Part shown: piece by piece, positions 37,401 to 48,800 of the stretch
Position numbering within the stretch: the first letter of the stretch is position 1
How the letters are laid out: each line of letters opens with the position of its first letter
Assembly: GCF_964355755.1 (NCBI RefSeq)
Contig: NC_092670.1
Span: 14,680,795-14,744,794, forward strand
Direction of reading: 5' to 3'
From: Antedon mediterranea
Taxonomy: Eukaryota; Animalia; Echinodermata
Length of the DNA stretch: 64,000 nt
Made by a program: the position numbers and the translations under genes
Notes under the pieces: generated by a model
What the model was told of the DNA's origin: nothing
The model's database searches: none
Seen by the model: only the letters and a program-made list of their open reading frames with translations

Positions 37401-40215
37401 ATTAGGGGTTATTGTTAGGGTTAGGGTTACAAGGACACTTGTTGGGTCCCAAATGTGTCCCTTAATAGGGTTCTACTTTATTATAATGTATATGTATTGC
37501 AGTTTGTTAGAAATTATGGAATCAAACCAATTCCGTCTCTGATTGAAATTGCTTGTTAATTAATACCTTTTTAACAAAGTATTGTCATTGTCTATGTTCT
37601 GTGTATAATATACCTTGCTTTCAAAAGAAGAAACCCTGCTTGACCAAGTCCATATCTTTTTTTATCCCAGCTTGTAAAATGTCAGACACATTGTTTTCCT
37701 GGTTTTTAGTGACACAACTTCATGTTTGGTAAGTCATTAATTATTGATACTTTTTGTCTTATTATTTAATTATTTATATAAAATCTGTAAACACAGTTTG
37801 TGTACCATAAATGCATTATATACAGTAGAACGCCTTCTATTCAGGGGACATCCATATTAATGGGTCACTTTCCTATGAAATAAACCAAGGAAAACATAAG
37901 TTTTAATGCAGTGGTCAACCCATAATCTGGGGACACTTTCCTATGAAATAAACCAAGGAAAACATATGTTTTAACGCTATGGTCAACCCATAATCAGGGG
38001 ACACTTTCCTATGAAATAAACCAAGGAAAACATATGTTTTAACACTATGGTCAACCCATAATCAGGGGACACTTTCCTATGAAATAAACCAAGGAAAACA
38101 TGTTTTAACGCTATGGTCAACCCATAATCAGGGGACACTTTCCTATGAAATAAACCAAGGAAAACATGTTTTAACGCTATGGTCAACCCATAATCAGGGG
38201 TCACTTTCCTATGAAATGAACAAGGGAAAACATAAGTTTTAATGCAATGGTCAATGTTCGTTTGAATAGCATAACATTCATTTTTTAGGATGTGTATGGT
38301 AAGACTGAGGCAGGAAGGACGTGAAGGCAAATATCTTACACATTATCTTATACTCTCCATGTGGACAGATATTGCAGAAAGAGGACGTGTTATGAACGTA
38401 AGCTCTAGCACCTCAAAAGCAGCTCCGCAAATCTGGTCCAAAGGGCCATTTCATATGACCCACAAAAAGCTACTGCTTTAAAAAAATATATAAAAATTAA
38501 TTTTCAAAGAGTTAATGACCTTAAAACACACAGGCTTCCCACACACCCACCTATGTATTGGGGCCGTTCCAATCCATACATGACACTATGCCTAAAGCTC
38601 CGTCTACACTAGCACACTTTATGTGACAAAAAAATGTAATATGCCCATATATGGATAAGATGATGTCATATCACAACCATAATTGGGTACATCACACATT
38701 TTTTGTCATACTAGCCTAGATTGATAGTAGACAAAGCTTTAGAATTCGTCTGTGCCAACATCAATTGTACAGTCACTGTTCAACTTATATGTTGATAACG
38801 GTTTATGTATAGTTTCACAGTTAATACATAGTTCTGTAAGGCCTGTTTTCCTGTCGACGCTATCGTCAACAATAATCGCCGATCATCTAAGTAAACATTG
38901 ACATGTTAACGATTTACAGGAAAAGGTACTCGCTATCGAACTGTTATGATCAACAACGATAGCGTCGAATAACGTCGACAGGAAAACAGGCTTAAAGTGT
39001 TACGCTACGTTACGTGAACCAGGTTTAATTATTTTTCAGATTCCTACATCTAAGATGAGAGCAGCAACTTCAAAGATGGTTGAACAATTTCATGGAGTTT
39101 TATTGGCATATGATGAAGTATGTATGCTTGAAATATTTTCTAAATGGTTGAATGTCATTTTTTTTTAATTACTGCAGTATTCTTGTCTTTTGAACTGTAT
39201 TTAGGGTGTCAAATGATAATAAATAGTTTCATAGTTGCCATTAAAAGGAAATGTTATGATGAAATTCTAGTTTTGTCTTACTTATTATATTGTTTTCTTT
39301 GTTAATCTATAGTCTCTTTTATGTGGCAGGGTGTGATGTCGGATGACCGAGTTCTTGCTGGTGCTCTTTGGCGCAATATATTCCTTCAGAGGTGCGATGA
39401 CCCTGAGTCATTAGCAAATATGGTGGAATATGTTAGAATGCAGGTAGAGCACATTCCAATGTTATTAAGTATTACCATCAACAATTATCATTTTTATCAA
39501 CATCATTATCAATACTAATACTACTATTAACTACTATAACTCGTAGGGCCTAGGTACAGTGTGTGAGAAATATAAAATTTTTGCTACACTGGAATAGCTA
39601 GCCTATGCCTAGCACCTTATTTGATAGGTACAAAATTGATAAGTATATTAATAATTAAAATATTTTCAAGTTTGATTGTAAGAAGCATTATAAACATTTT
39701 CTTACTGTTATGGTTTGCACAATTTTTTTGGTTTGCATAGTGACAAGACAATTTTCTTGAAATTTTCCCAATTCTCGTAAGAAAAACAGGCTTTTTAGTC
39801 GTACAGCTCACTATGTCGGGTCAGTTGGTCGGTAAATACTAACTTGAGCACGCGACTGCAGCCATGTATATGGCCTTGTTTTTGTTCAGAGAAAACGTGT
39901 AATTAATCAGGAGATCAAACCTGGTTACAAGTTGTAACAATTTATGCATATGTGAAAAGTGTATATGTTCTCCTTTAGTTTACAACAATTGACCTTTCTC
40001 CCTACTACATCCCATCATCTTACCGATTTTATCTTTTTTAGATTCAGTATTTGGAGACATTAGACAGTTCACAACTCCTACAAAAAGGACGAATCAAATG
40101 GTTACCATTCAAAGCAAACACATCACATCTAGAGGGAGACCTTCCAAAAGCATTATCACTTGACGAGGAACTACTAGGCCCTGATCCTAATGTCATTGAC
40201 AAGGTTCCAACATAA
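28496..40215 (+). CDS. UQCC1: Ubiquinol-cytochrome c reductase complex assembly factor 1 (Cbp3 homolog)
   Basis: Exons 29285-29455, 36305-36412, 36768-36840, 37671-37728, 38289-38397, 39040-39117, 39330-39443 and 40042-40215 splice in frame: MYSSCVD..CKMSDTLFSWFLVTQLHVWMCMVRLRQEGREGKY..YDEGVMSDDRVLAGALWRNIF..VEYVRMQIQYL. The 5' exons (28496-28544, 29160-29179) and start codon are uncertain. Confidence 0.93.
29097..29134 (+). mobile_element. Helitron-like 3' end (GC-rich hairpin + CTAG|T)
   Basis: CTAGAGGGGGAGCGAGCGAAGCGAGCTCACCCTCTAGT. Confidence 0.45.
30258..30853 (-). repeat. Inverted, diverged copy of 26068-27152 (and of 17695-18315)
   Basis: For example, GATGAAGTGACCCCCAGATTTGACCTTAGCAATAAAAT is the reverse complement of ~26770-26805, and TAAGCGAGCAGCGTTTTTTGTAAGAAATAT of ~26070-26099. 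Confidence 0.85.
31667..32033. repeat. Tandem repeat, 134-bp unit x ~2.7
   Basis: CAGAATTTGCCTAGGATGTGGCAAA at 31667, 31801 and 31935. Confidence 0.9.
32605..32676 (-). tRNA. tRNA-Val-derived gene or pseudogene, anticodon mutated to ATC
   Basis: GGTTTCGTAGTGTAGTGGTAGTCAAGTCTGC-TTATCAC-GCAGAAGGTCCCGGTTCGAGCCCTGGCGAAACCT followed by TTTTT; D- and T-stem mismatches. Confidence 0.7.
33105..33176 (-). tRNA. tRNA-Val-derived gene or pseudogene, anticodon ATC
   Basis: Near-identical to 32605-32676. Confidence 0.7.
33599..33670 (-). tRNA. tRNA-Val(AAC), possibly pseudogene
   Basis: Same body with loop TTAACAC; oligo-T terminator; T-stem mismatches. Confidence 0.7.
33889..33959 (-). pseudogene. Degenerate tRNA-Val(AAC)
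   Basis: ..GAGTGGTTATCACGTTTGCTTAACACGCAGAAGGTACCTGGTTCGAGCCCGGGCGAAGG followed by a T run; acceptor stem broken. Confidence 0.65.
34026..34370. mobile_element. Fourth, more diverged copy of the HINE-like element
   Basis: Colinear with 32186-32534; ends GGTACCCCGAGTAATAA. Confidence 0.8.
34467..36020. mobile_element. Non-autonomous Kolobok-like DNA transposon in a UQCC1 intron
   Basis: TTAA TSD on both sides; 22-bp TIRs AGGGGGGTTCCGGGTTTAAAAT / AGGGGGATTCTGGGTTTAAAAT (2 mismatches). Confidence 0.85.
36040..36226 (-). mobile_element. Degenerate tRNA-derived SINE fragment
   Basis: Minus strand GGTAGGTGAGTGGTTAAGACACAGGACT...CCCAGGTTCAA contains A/B-box-like motifs. Confidence 0.4.
37822..38254. 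repeat. pogo/Tc1-type MITE end (TA-CAGTAGAAC) with 66-68-bp minisatellite x ~6
   Basis: CACTTTCCTATGAAAT at 37866, 37934, 38002, 38070, 38136 and 38202. Confidence 0.85.
38596..38738. mobile_element. PIF/Harbinger-type MITE
   Basis: TAA-AGCTCCGTCTACACTA...TAGTAGACAAAGCT-TTA; related copy at 43695-43835. Confidence 0.65.
38840..38992. mobile_element. PIF/Harbinger-type MITE
   Basis: TAA TSD; TIR GCCTGTTTTCCTGTCGACG / CGTCGACAGGAAAACAGGC. Confidence 0.75.
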
Positions 40216-42692
40216 TAGTACTTACCTAAAAGTTTGTAGGTGTGATGTGATGTATGTGAGTTATAGAGGAACACAAGGAAGCTAGCCATATAATATATTA
40301 TTTCTCATAATTATCATTTTGTTGTCAGTATATATTTTCATTACCACTAATTTATATTCACTCCAATTTCCTCATACTATTTCATACGTTTACTAATTAT
40401 CATCATTATTTTAAATATAATTGGTTATTGGAATATGTTTAATTTCCTATTCTATGAATTTACCTATTCCATGTACAAGGAAATTCTGTAGATGTCACAA
40501 TAATCGATCAATTTAGTTTTTATAGATGACCATAAATACAACTTTTTAGCCAATAGTTGATTTTCCTAATCATAATGAAAAGTAAGCAATTTCAGGGATG
40601 ATCTACAAACATGAAAAAGAAATTAGATCAAGGTGCACATTAGACTCATATTTGCTCATTAACTGCTCAAACTGCTAAACAAATTGCAGGAAAGTGTTTG
40701 AAGAGCCCAGATCGCCCTTGACTAGTTTAGAAGAGGATTATTAAATTCCATTTTGAGTTCAGGTAATGCTGTTCAGAAACTTCTATTTATATTTTTAAAC
40801 TAAATTTACTTTCAACAGAAAGTACATTGTAAGTATAAATATATTATTTTACAAAAATGTGAGGAAGGTTTAAATAAATATACAGTAATAACATTGAGTC
40901 TTTGATGTCTATCAATAATCATTTCAATATAAGCCCTTAAACTAATCCATCTGTAAATAACTATTTAACATAACTTGTATTTAAAATCCTGTTGTACAGT
41001 ATTAATGCATTCTGTGATGTTTTATACTAACCCCTTGAAAGCTCCTTGAAAAAACATGCATTAATTGCATAGACGAGGCCCAAGTCTGTAGTTATTGTCT
41101 TTTTTATGTTAATCCACCAATCGGCATTTCGATTTTGTCTGAAAACTGTTTTTATTGAGTTCAAGTATTATACATATGAAACGACATATGTGCCAAAATA
41201 TTTATCTCTTTACTAAATATTAAGTCAAAACACATTCTATAACCTAGACTACTGATTTTAGAGAGCAAGATGGCACATATGTTCAAATTCATGTGTGCGG
41301 TGCCATAGGGGATGGGTCAGGTGGTCGTCAGACTCGCGCTGGCGGCGGCTTCTTAAAATGCTACTATACTATTTGCATTCTTCAGTGACAATCGATGAGT
41401 TTGTCCTTTCAAAAAGTGAAAATTGAAACCTGCCCAACCAATTTGCGACGGCCTGGTGTTAGAAGGCATATGAGTTGGAGACTCGTCTGTCCCTGGTTAG
41501 CGTTGATGTTTGCTAATATGTTCAGTTCTTCCAAATGCATCTTTTTTTTTCAAAAAGAGACTGGAAAATCAGACCAAGCCAAGATTGTTTGTTGTTGGGA
41601 GAATTAACTCACCTCACGACATTGCCTCATTCGTCGAAAAAGACATTAAGCCATTGGTCCTTTGTCAATCGTATAGTATTTAAAAAGTGGTCAGTGGCCA
41701 GTCACAAACTTCCTCCTGTTGCGCCACAAACATCGATACTGGTGCATATTAAAAATTACTACAATTTTTAATTACAAAATAAAAACAAATTGTTTAAAAG
41801 TGTAATTTATTTACCTTAAAACCTTAAAATATTATAAATATAGCACATGAATATTCTAATACATTTTAAGGAGTTTGTGTGTAAAAAAATAATTTTAGCG
41901 AAATAAACTACAATAAAGAAACAAATATGCATAACGAACAAGTACATCTAAACATATTGTTCTACGCCTAAATTTATTTAAAAACCAAATTATAGCTCAT
42001 CACTGTAATCTTAAAATTGTCCGTATTGTTCTATTACATTTTGATCTTGTAGGCAATGATTCCTAAAATTTTCCGCATTTATATTTTTTCTATCTAAACT
42101 AAAATAAGCATGGGACCAAAATGTGAACCTTTGTACATTAACCTACAACATATGAACACAATGTCAACAGTTATTTCCTTGTATAATTATAAATCCCATT
42201 TAAATAATATTTTAAAATGTTTCCCATAATTAGATGTACAATTTGTTTAACCAAAAAGGAACTACTACCTCCTAATAAAGACATGCAATATATTTAAAGA
42301 AATGTTGAATGGCCATATTCAGCATTATAAATTCTAAGGCTTGCTTCCCACGAAATAGGCACAATGCAAGTGAAGTTTGGATTGTCCATCATGATGCGTC
42401 ATGATTGGTATAATTATATTGCGTCAAAGTGAGAACTAAGCTAAGTGAATATCAATTGAAAATCCTTAAATATTAATTTATTGATGTAATTGTTTTGACA
42501 TTGTCTTTGATTGATTTCCATGTTGTATGCATTCATAGCATCTTCTTTAATTTGATTTATTTTGATACATGAACTGATAGTGTCGAAGCCACAGATAAAC
42601 CCTTTGATCTCCGCTCAGCATCCTGTTAGATTTCCTTGCCTATATATACACAGTAGTAGATACTTTAAAGCATACTGTTAATGTGTAAGTGT

Positions 42693-42820
42693 TTATGGAC
42701 ATTTTGTTAATTGTCCTCTGCAACCTTCGTCACTGTTGTCTCCACAATTGTCTTCTCGGTCACATGTAAACATGCACTGTATACACTTTTGGTTTTCACA
42801 TCTAAATCCATCACAAACAT
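42693..42820 (-). CDS. Terminal exon: LDL-receptor class A domain
   Basis: [42 protein letters not shown]; not in the ORF track. Confidence 0.85.
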
Positions 42821-45800
42821 CTGAAAATATAACACGTTAATTTTATGATGGATATTCAACTCATTGTTATGTATTAGTAATCAATTCGGTTGTGAATATT
42901 CAACGCACAATTAATGAATAATAATTATTTCGCTGATGATCAAATATTCAGACAAATAATGTATTTATATTTAGTACAAACAATGTATTAATAATTCATT
43001 CAGTTAATAACACCCATATTATGCACTACTAACTTGAGTTAAATAGGTAATTGCGGCTGATTTTGATATAGGGTAGGTGTGTCGGGGGGTAAACAAGGGG
43101 CATAATTTACCTATCTTTCACATTGCACTGGATATAATAGGTGATTATTTCAGAATATTGAATTATCTAACTTGAGATTGGGATCATGTCAACATTATTT
43201 TACTGCATGAGTAACGACATTTGTTTTCTACAACATTAGTTCGTTTCAATTTAAAAGTTTATGAGACAGTCACTGCAATAAATATTTTGTACGAATACAC
43301 AATCAAAAGCTTGCTAAATAATTAAATAAACAAGTTAAAGAGTAAACTAAATGAAGTTGAAATGCAATAGATAATACAAGATTTTTTGAGAAATTTCGAC
43401 CCAAAATTTTAAAATGGAGCAACACAGTGGTATGTTTAGGTTTGTATTGGTATTGAAATAAATTCAGCTTTTATAATTATTGTAAATGTAATGATAAAAA
43501 TTTACCTCGCTTTTCACAGTTTTTTCCTGAATTTCCTCTTGGACAATTGCAATAGTAATCGGAGAAATCCTCTGTTACCTTGGAAAAGCATTTACCACCA
43601 TTGACGCAAGGATCGTTATCGCATGGGTTCGAAATACCCGGATCTGAAAATTAAAAATCTCATAATTAGTTGAAGTTGATTAGATTTAGCATAAAGCTTT
43701 GTCTACACTATCAAAATTTTATGTGCCATTATATCGACACAATGATATCATATCAGTACCATATTTGGGCATATCACTACAATATTTTGGCACATATTTT
43801 TTTTCTTCAAAAAGTTTGATAGTGTAGAGAGAGATTTAGGGTTTATTACAATGTATATTTCATTGTATTGCCATTTGTGTTTATTGTGTTTTATTTATTT
43901 TATTTAGTTGTTCAAGGAAATAATTTTCCACCATTAGGTTCCCAGTGAGAATTGGCAGCACTGACATGAGGTGACCCTTAGTGGAGAAGCATGTGAGTTG
44001 AAAAGTGTAACATCCAAGTCCACAATGCCATAAGCTCAATGATCGTTGGAATTGTGTAATAAAAATAAACATCATCATCATTATTATTATTAATTGTCTT
44101 CCGTATTCAGTTTTAACATAATATAAATATAATAAACAAAAGAATACTGTGTTTTTATACTGTTGATAAGTAATATTTTCTAAAACAATTTTTTCATGAC
44201 ATAACTCCTACTCTCAATACTCTCAAAGAACTACGTTTTATGTAAAGTATCGTGTTTATCTTGTGAATGGATTGTCTCTAATCAGGACATTATTAAGATT
44301 GGCAATGTGCTAAATACTAATACTGTAACTATGATTTGTACTTACTCAGTGCAGCACTCTTCTGACATATATATGGGAATCTGAAATCGTCACACTCTGA
44401 GTGATACCAGGGCAGAGCTTCATTCTCACTCAAAATATATGCACATCTGAAATCTGGCCAGTACTTGAATTCATAAGGCACAGATGGCACAACCCATGTC
44501 CACTCTGAATCAATTGTCTCTCGACTTAAACCAATCCAGAATTGTGTCTCTGGGAAAGGACCACAGTCATTTATCAAATCATTAACTGCTTTCTGTTCTT
44601 CTAAGTCACTAATTACCACCAGGTTACCATTTGAACTCTGACAATATTTTTGTGCATCCATCCAACTTCTGGTGTTTATGTCTTGAACTTGGTAACAATG
44701 GCCATTGTATTGAATTGATTTTGATAGACAATAAATGTTGGTCTGACAATCTGGAAAAAAAAACACAATTGTTTTTTTTTAATGAAGTAGAATCCCAGAG
44801 GCCTAGATATAAAATTGTCCGAAAAAAAAACTAGGATATTGCATTACATTGCCTTACAAATATTGGTTGTTACTCTGTGTTTATTCAGTGTTCGTAATGC
44901 CTTCAACATGGCCTAATATTTATGAGCAGATAAAAAATCGGAGACTTTTTGCATCCAGATGGGAGAAGTAGGTGAACGAAAGCATGACTTTAAGTTATTC
45001 TTTCGTACTGTAAGTGAAACACAATTTTAAAAGAAAGAAAAGAATGACAGGAAGATTGGGGCATGTATAGTGTAAAAGTAGGTGTGCCGATGCTATGAAC
45101 TGTCATCCTGTGCTTTCCATCCCTACACTAGTATACTACAAGCTATTGAGTCAGATATTCTACGCACTCTAAAACATGAAATGCACCGAATGTTCAGCCA
45201 GGGAATTGCCTTTGTACCTGGAGGCTACCATCCACACCAATCTCCATTTTCATAATTTCATTTGGTTGAAAACGGTATACTTACTTCTCGGTGTTTCGCA
45301 GATAAACTGCTTCTTATCAGTACACGGCACTAGGTTATCCCAACGATCTGTTTTGTGGTATGCACAGTTATGTTGTGGCCAGTTAAAATAACTACTTTCT
45401 TCACTTGTCTCTCGTCCCCAATTATCTTCTTGAGCTTTAATTCCAATGTAAAACCTCAGATCATACAAAGCTTCTGTTTGGACTGATTTAAGTTCTTGTT
45501 GTGTGGTGAATGTAGCAAGATGTCCATTTTCTTCTTCGCATCTTTCTTGTGCGATGTCATAGAATTCACGCCTGTATTTCAGATTGTAACAAGACCCATT
45601 GAAGTATGTAGCTCCTTCCTCGCAAGCTAAAAATATAAGACATGTATTTTGTGGTATTGATTACTTGATTTGTTTTATAAAATCAATATATCTATAAAAT
45701 ACAGTAAATACACAAAACACGCACAATTAGGATCATAAAATTGAAACCAAATTGTTGAATTTGAAGGAGACATATCATGGACCAAAATACAATGATCTTA

Positions 45801-48800
45801 TAGGAAACTACTCCAAATTTAGATAGAGCACACACAATAATGATTAGCACTTACGGTTACATTGCGGGATGCTTGCATTCCATGTGCCATTTTCGCAAAG
45901 CAGATATTCGTCTCCGTCTAGTGAGAATCCAGATGTGCAACCAAAATGAATGATGCCTTCATGACTTAGGGAAGAGCTGTGACGGAAACCTGCTGATGGA
46001 GTTCCTGGGTCCTTGCAGTTGGCTTAAAAAGTTATAAGATGGAGTTACTGAAGAGTTTTTAACACATCAATGGTAAAAATAGCACCAAATAATCAGTAGG
46101 GGTATCAGTAACAATTCTTAAATAGATAATATATAATAACCAGTCAGGAAAATTTATATTTCATTGTATAAATTATAGCATTTTTTGTAAAATTGATCGA
46201 ATTGGAAAGTATTGTGTAAAATATGTTTCTATTATAATTTCATTATTAGTAAATCAATTATAATACAATAAAATAACCTCACCAACACAGCTGGGATGTT
46301 CCTCTAAAAAGATGCCATCTTGACAATTTAAGTATTCATTTCCCAATAATTGAAATCCATCAAAACAGTAAAACTGTACAACACCACCATGGTAGGTCGA
46401 TCCATTAAAACGTCCATTTAAAATGAGGGATGGCTGTTGACAATCCACTGTAATATAAAAATGTGAAAATGTTCTCTTAATGACAGGTTATTTCTCTATT
46501 TTGTTAATGGTGGCCTCTGGTTAAAGTATATTTCTAGACTTATTATGACCACCATGACCAGCTTTATTAACAAAATATGTGTTATTTTTTTTAAACTAAT
46601 AAACAAAACAAAAACAAAATATAAGTCTTTCAATTTCTCAAGATACCAAGAGATTAAAATAACGTTAAAAATATTTAAATGAATAATATATTACTGTGAC
46701 ATTCTGCAACTACATCACTGTAAACACCATTAACACAGAATATCTGAGGTTTGCCAGTCAGTGTATATCCAACATCACAGCTAAAACCAATAACATCTCC
46801 ATGCGAAAATGAGCCTGTTATTACACCGTTTACAGGGGATTCCAGTGGAGCACAATTAGCTGTGAATAACACAAATGTGTATATATGTAATGCATCGATG
46901 GGTCTCAAATATTTTGTATGTACATTGAAAAATAAAATGAATTAGTCTTGTATTACCTTTACATTCTGCAAATGCTGCAGAGAAGGCTCCATCATAACAA
47001 GTCACAATTCTTTCACCAACGAGTGTATAGTCATTATTGCAAATAAAAGTCACCGAATCACCATGGTTGTAACCACCAATAAACACTCCGTTTTCAATAG
47101 TAATCAATGGGGAGCAGTTTGCTGATAATGTAATTATTATTATTAAACTAAACCATTTAAACAACTGAAAATAGGCCTATGGATTTAATTTGTAAGGATA
47201 AGGTTACAATATGTATTGTTGTAATGTGTGCTATTATCCAATAACCAGCCAATTTGACTATTTTTTTGTTTAAATTATATTTTTTTCAGGTAAATAAATT
47301 TTTTTTTCAATCCAATTTTTGGTCAAAGGGGATAACTATTATATGATATTAAAATGGCGTATTCAACAAAAAAAATATTTTTTCAGGGGGACAATACATC
47401 TTTAAACTTTTTGTTGGAGGATGACGCTGTTTTTTGAACATACAAAATGGATTGCTGCCATTTAATAATACCAATATTTGTATACCAGTATTGATGCTTA
47501 TACTGTACACTTTATAAAAAAAAATTAAACGTTGTATAGTAAATGATTAGTAGTTCAAACCATTGTGTAACTTAACGTATGCACAATTATATTAAAGTAT
47601 ACATATTTCACTTACCATAACAGGTACCAAGTGCATTGCTATATAGTCCATCATCACAAAATGCTTGGTTTTGGCCAACTAATGTAAACCCATCATTACA
47701 TATAATTGTAACACGATCATTGTGATTAAACCCTCCCGTTACTCTTCCATTTTCGATGCCACCCAATGGGAAGCAATTTGCTGAAAATAGTAACACAGTC
47801 ATTGTCAATTTTCATCAAAAATTGTACATCATAAATTGTACATCATAAATTCTTATCATCATTGTTTCATTAATTCATTTAAATATTCAATTGTCTAACT
47901 CATACAAGTTAATAAACTGTCATTCCTTGCTGCTATATCATTAAGTCAATTATTATAAACCTTGCATTCACATTAAAAATAGATATAAACTTACCTCTAC
48001 AAATTGCATATGATGAGCTGTATTGTCCACTATCACATGTTATTGTTGTTTCTCCTACCAATGTATAACCAACATCACATGTGAATGTAATGGATCCTCC
48101 GTGAGTAAAGCTACCAGAGTACTGACCATTTACAATACTGATGGACGACTCGCAGTTAGCTAAAGATAGGAGAATATTTATTTGTAAGAAGTTTTCCTCA
48201 TGCTATCATTTTTCAATTATTTCTATTATTTTAGCCTTCAAGATTATTTCCCATAAACTAAAAATTTAACCTTTGGCAATTATACATAACAAAATATATA
48301 CATAATTAAAACACCAAGAAATAACAAATTAAATAATTAAAATAGATAAAAGTATGCTTCAAAACAAGAATGTTGAATATTTTTATAAATTGTTAAAAAT
48401 GTATTTTAAAATATTTTAATAAAAATAGTAATTAAAATTTTGTACTATTGTTCAAATAAAAAATAGACCTTCGGGTAAACATGAATGTTGATCTATATTT
48501 TGAGAAGGATTCGTGAATAGTCTAAAACAAAAACCATTAAAATGATATTGCACATGTAAGTTTTGTACAGCATTATTTTTGTATTTTTTTTTCAAATTTG
48601 AAAATTGGAAAAAAAGATATCATTATCATTGCTTGATTTAGAGAAGGACTGATGTATTACAATATTTTATTGTCATTTGTATTACCATAGCAAACAGGGA
48701 ATGCATCTTGATATTGTCCATCTAAACACATAGTACTTGAAACACCAACTAATGTGTATCCATCGAAACATGTAATGGTAGTTATGCCTCCATGGGATTG

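Noticed and set aside
37402-37430. TTAGGG repeats as an interstitial telomere
   Set aside because: Only 2-3 imperfect units, adjacent to a MITE end.
37983-38330. 115-aa repetitive ORF (HRKVSPDYGLTIALKHVFLGLF)n
   Set aside because: Translation of the 66-bp intronic minisatellite.
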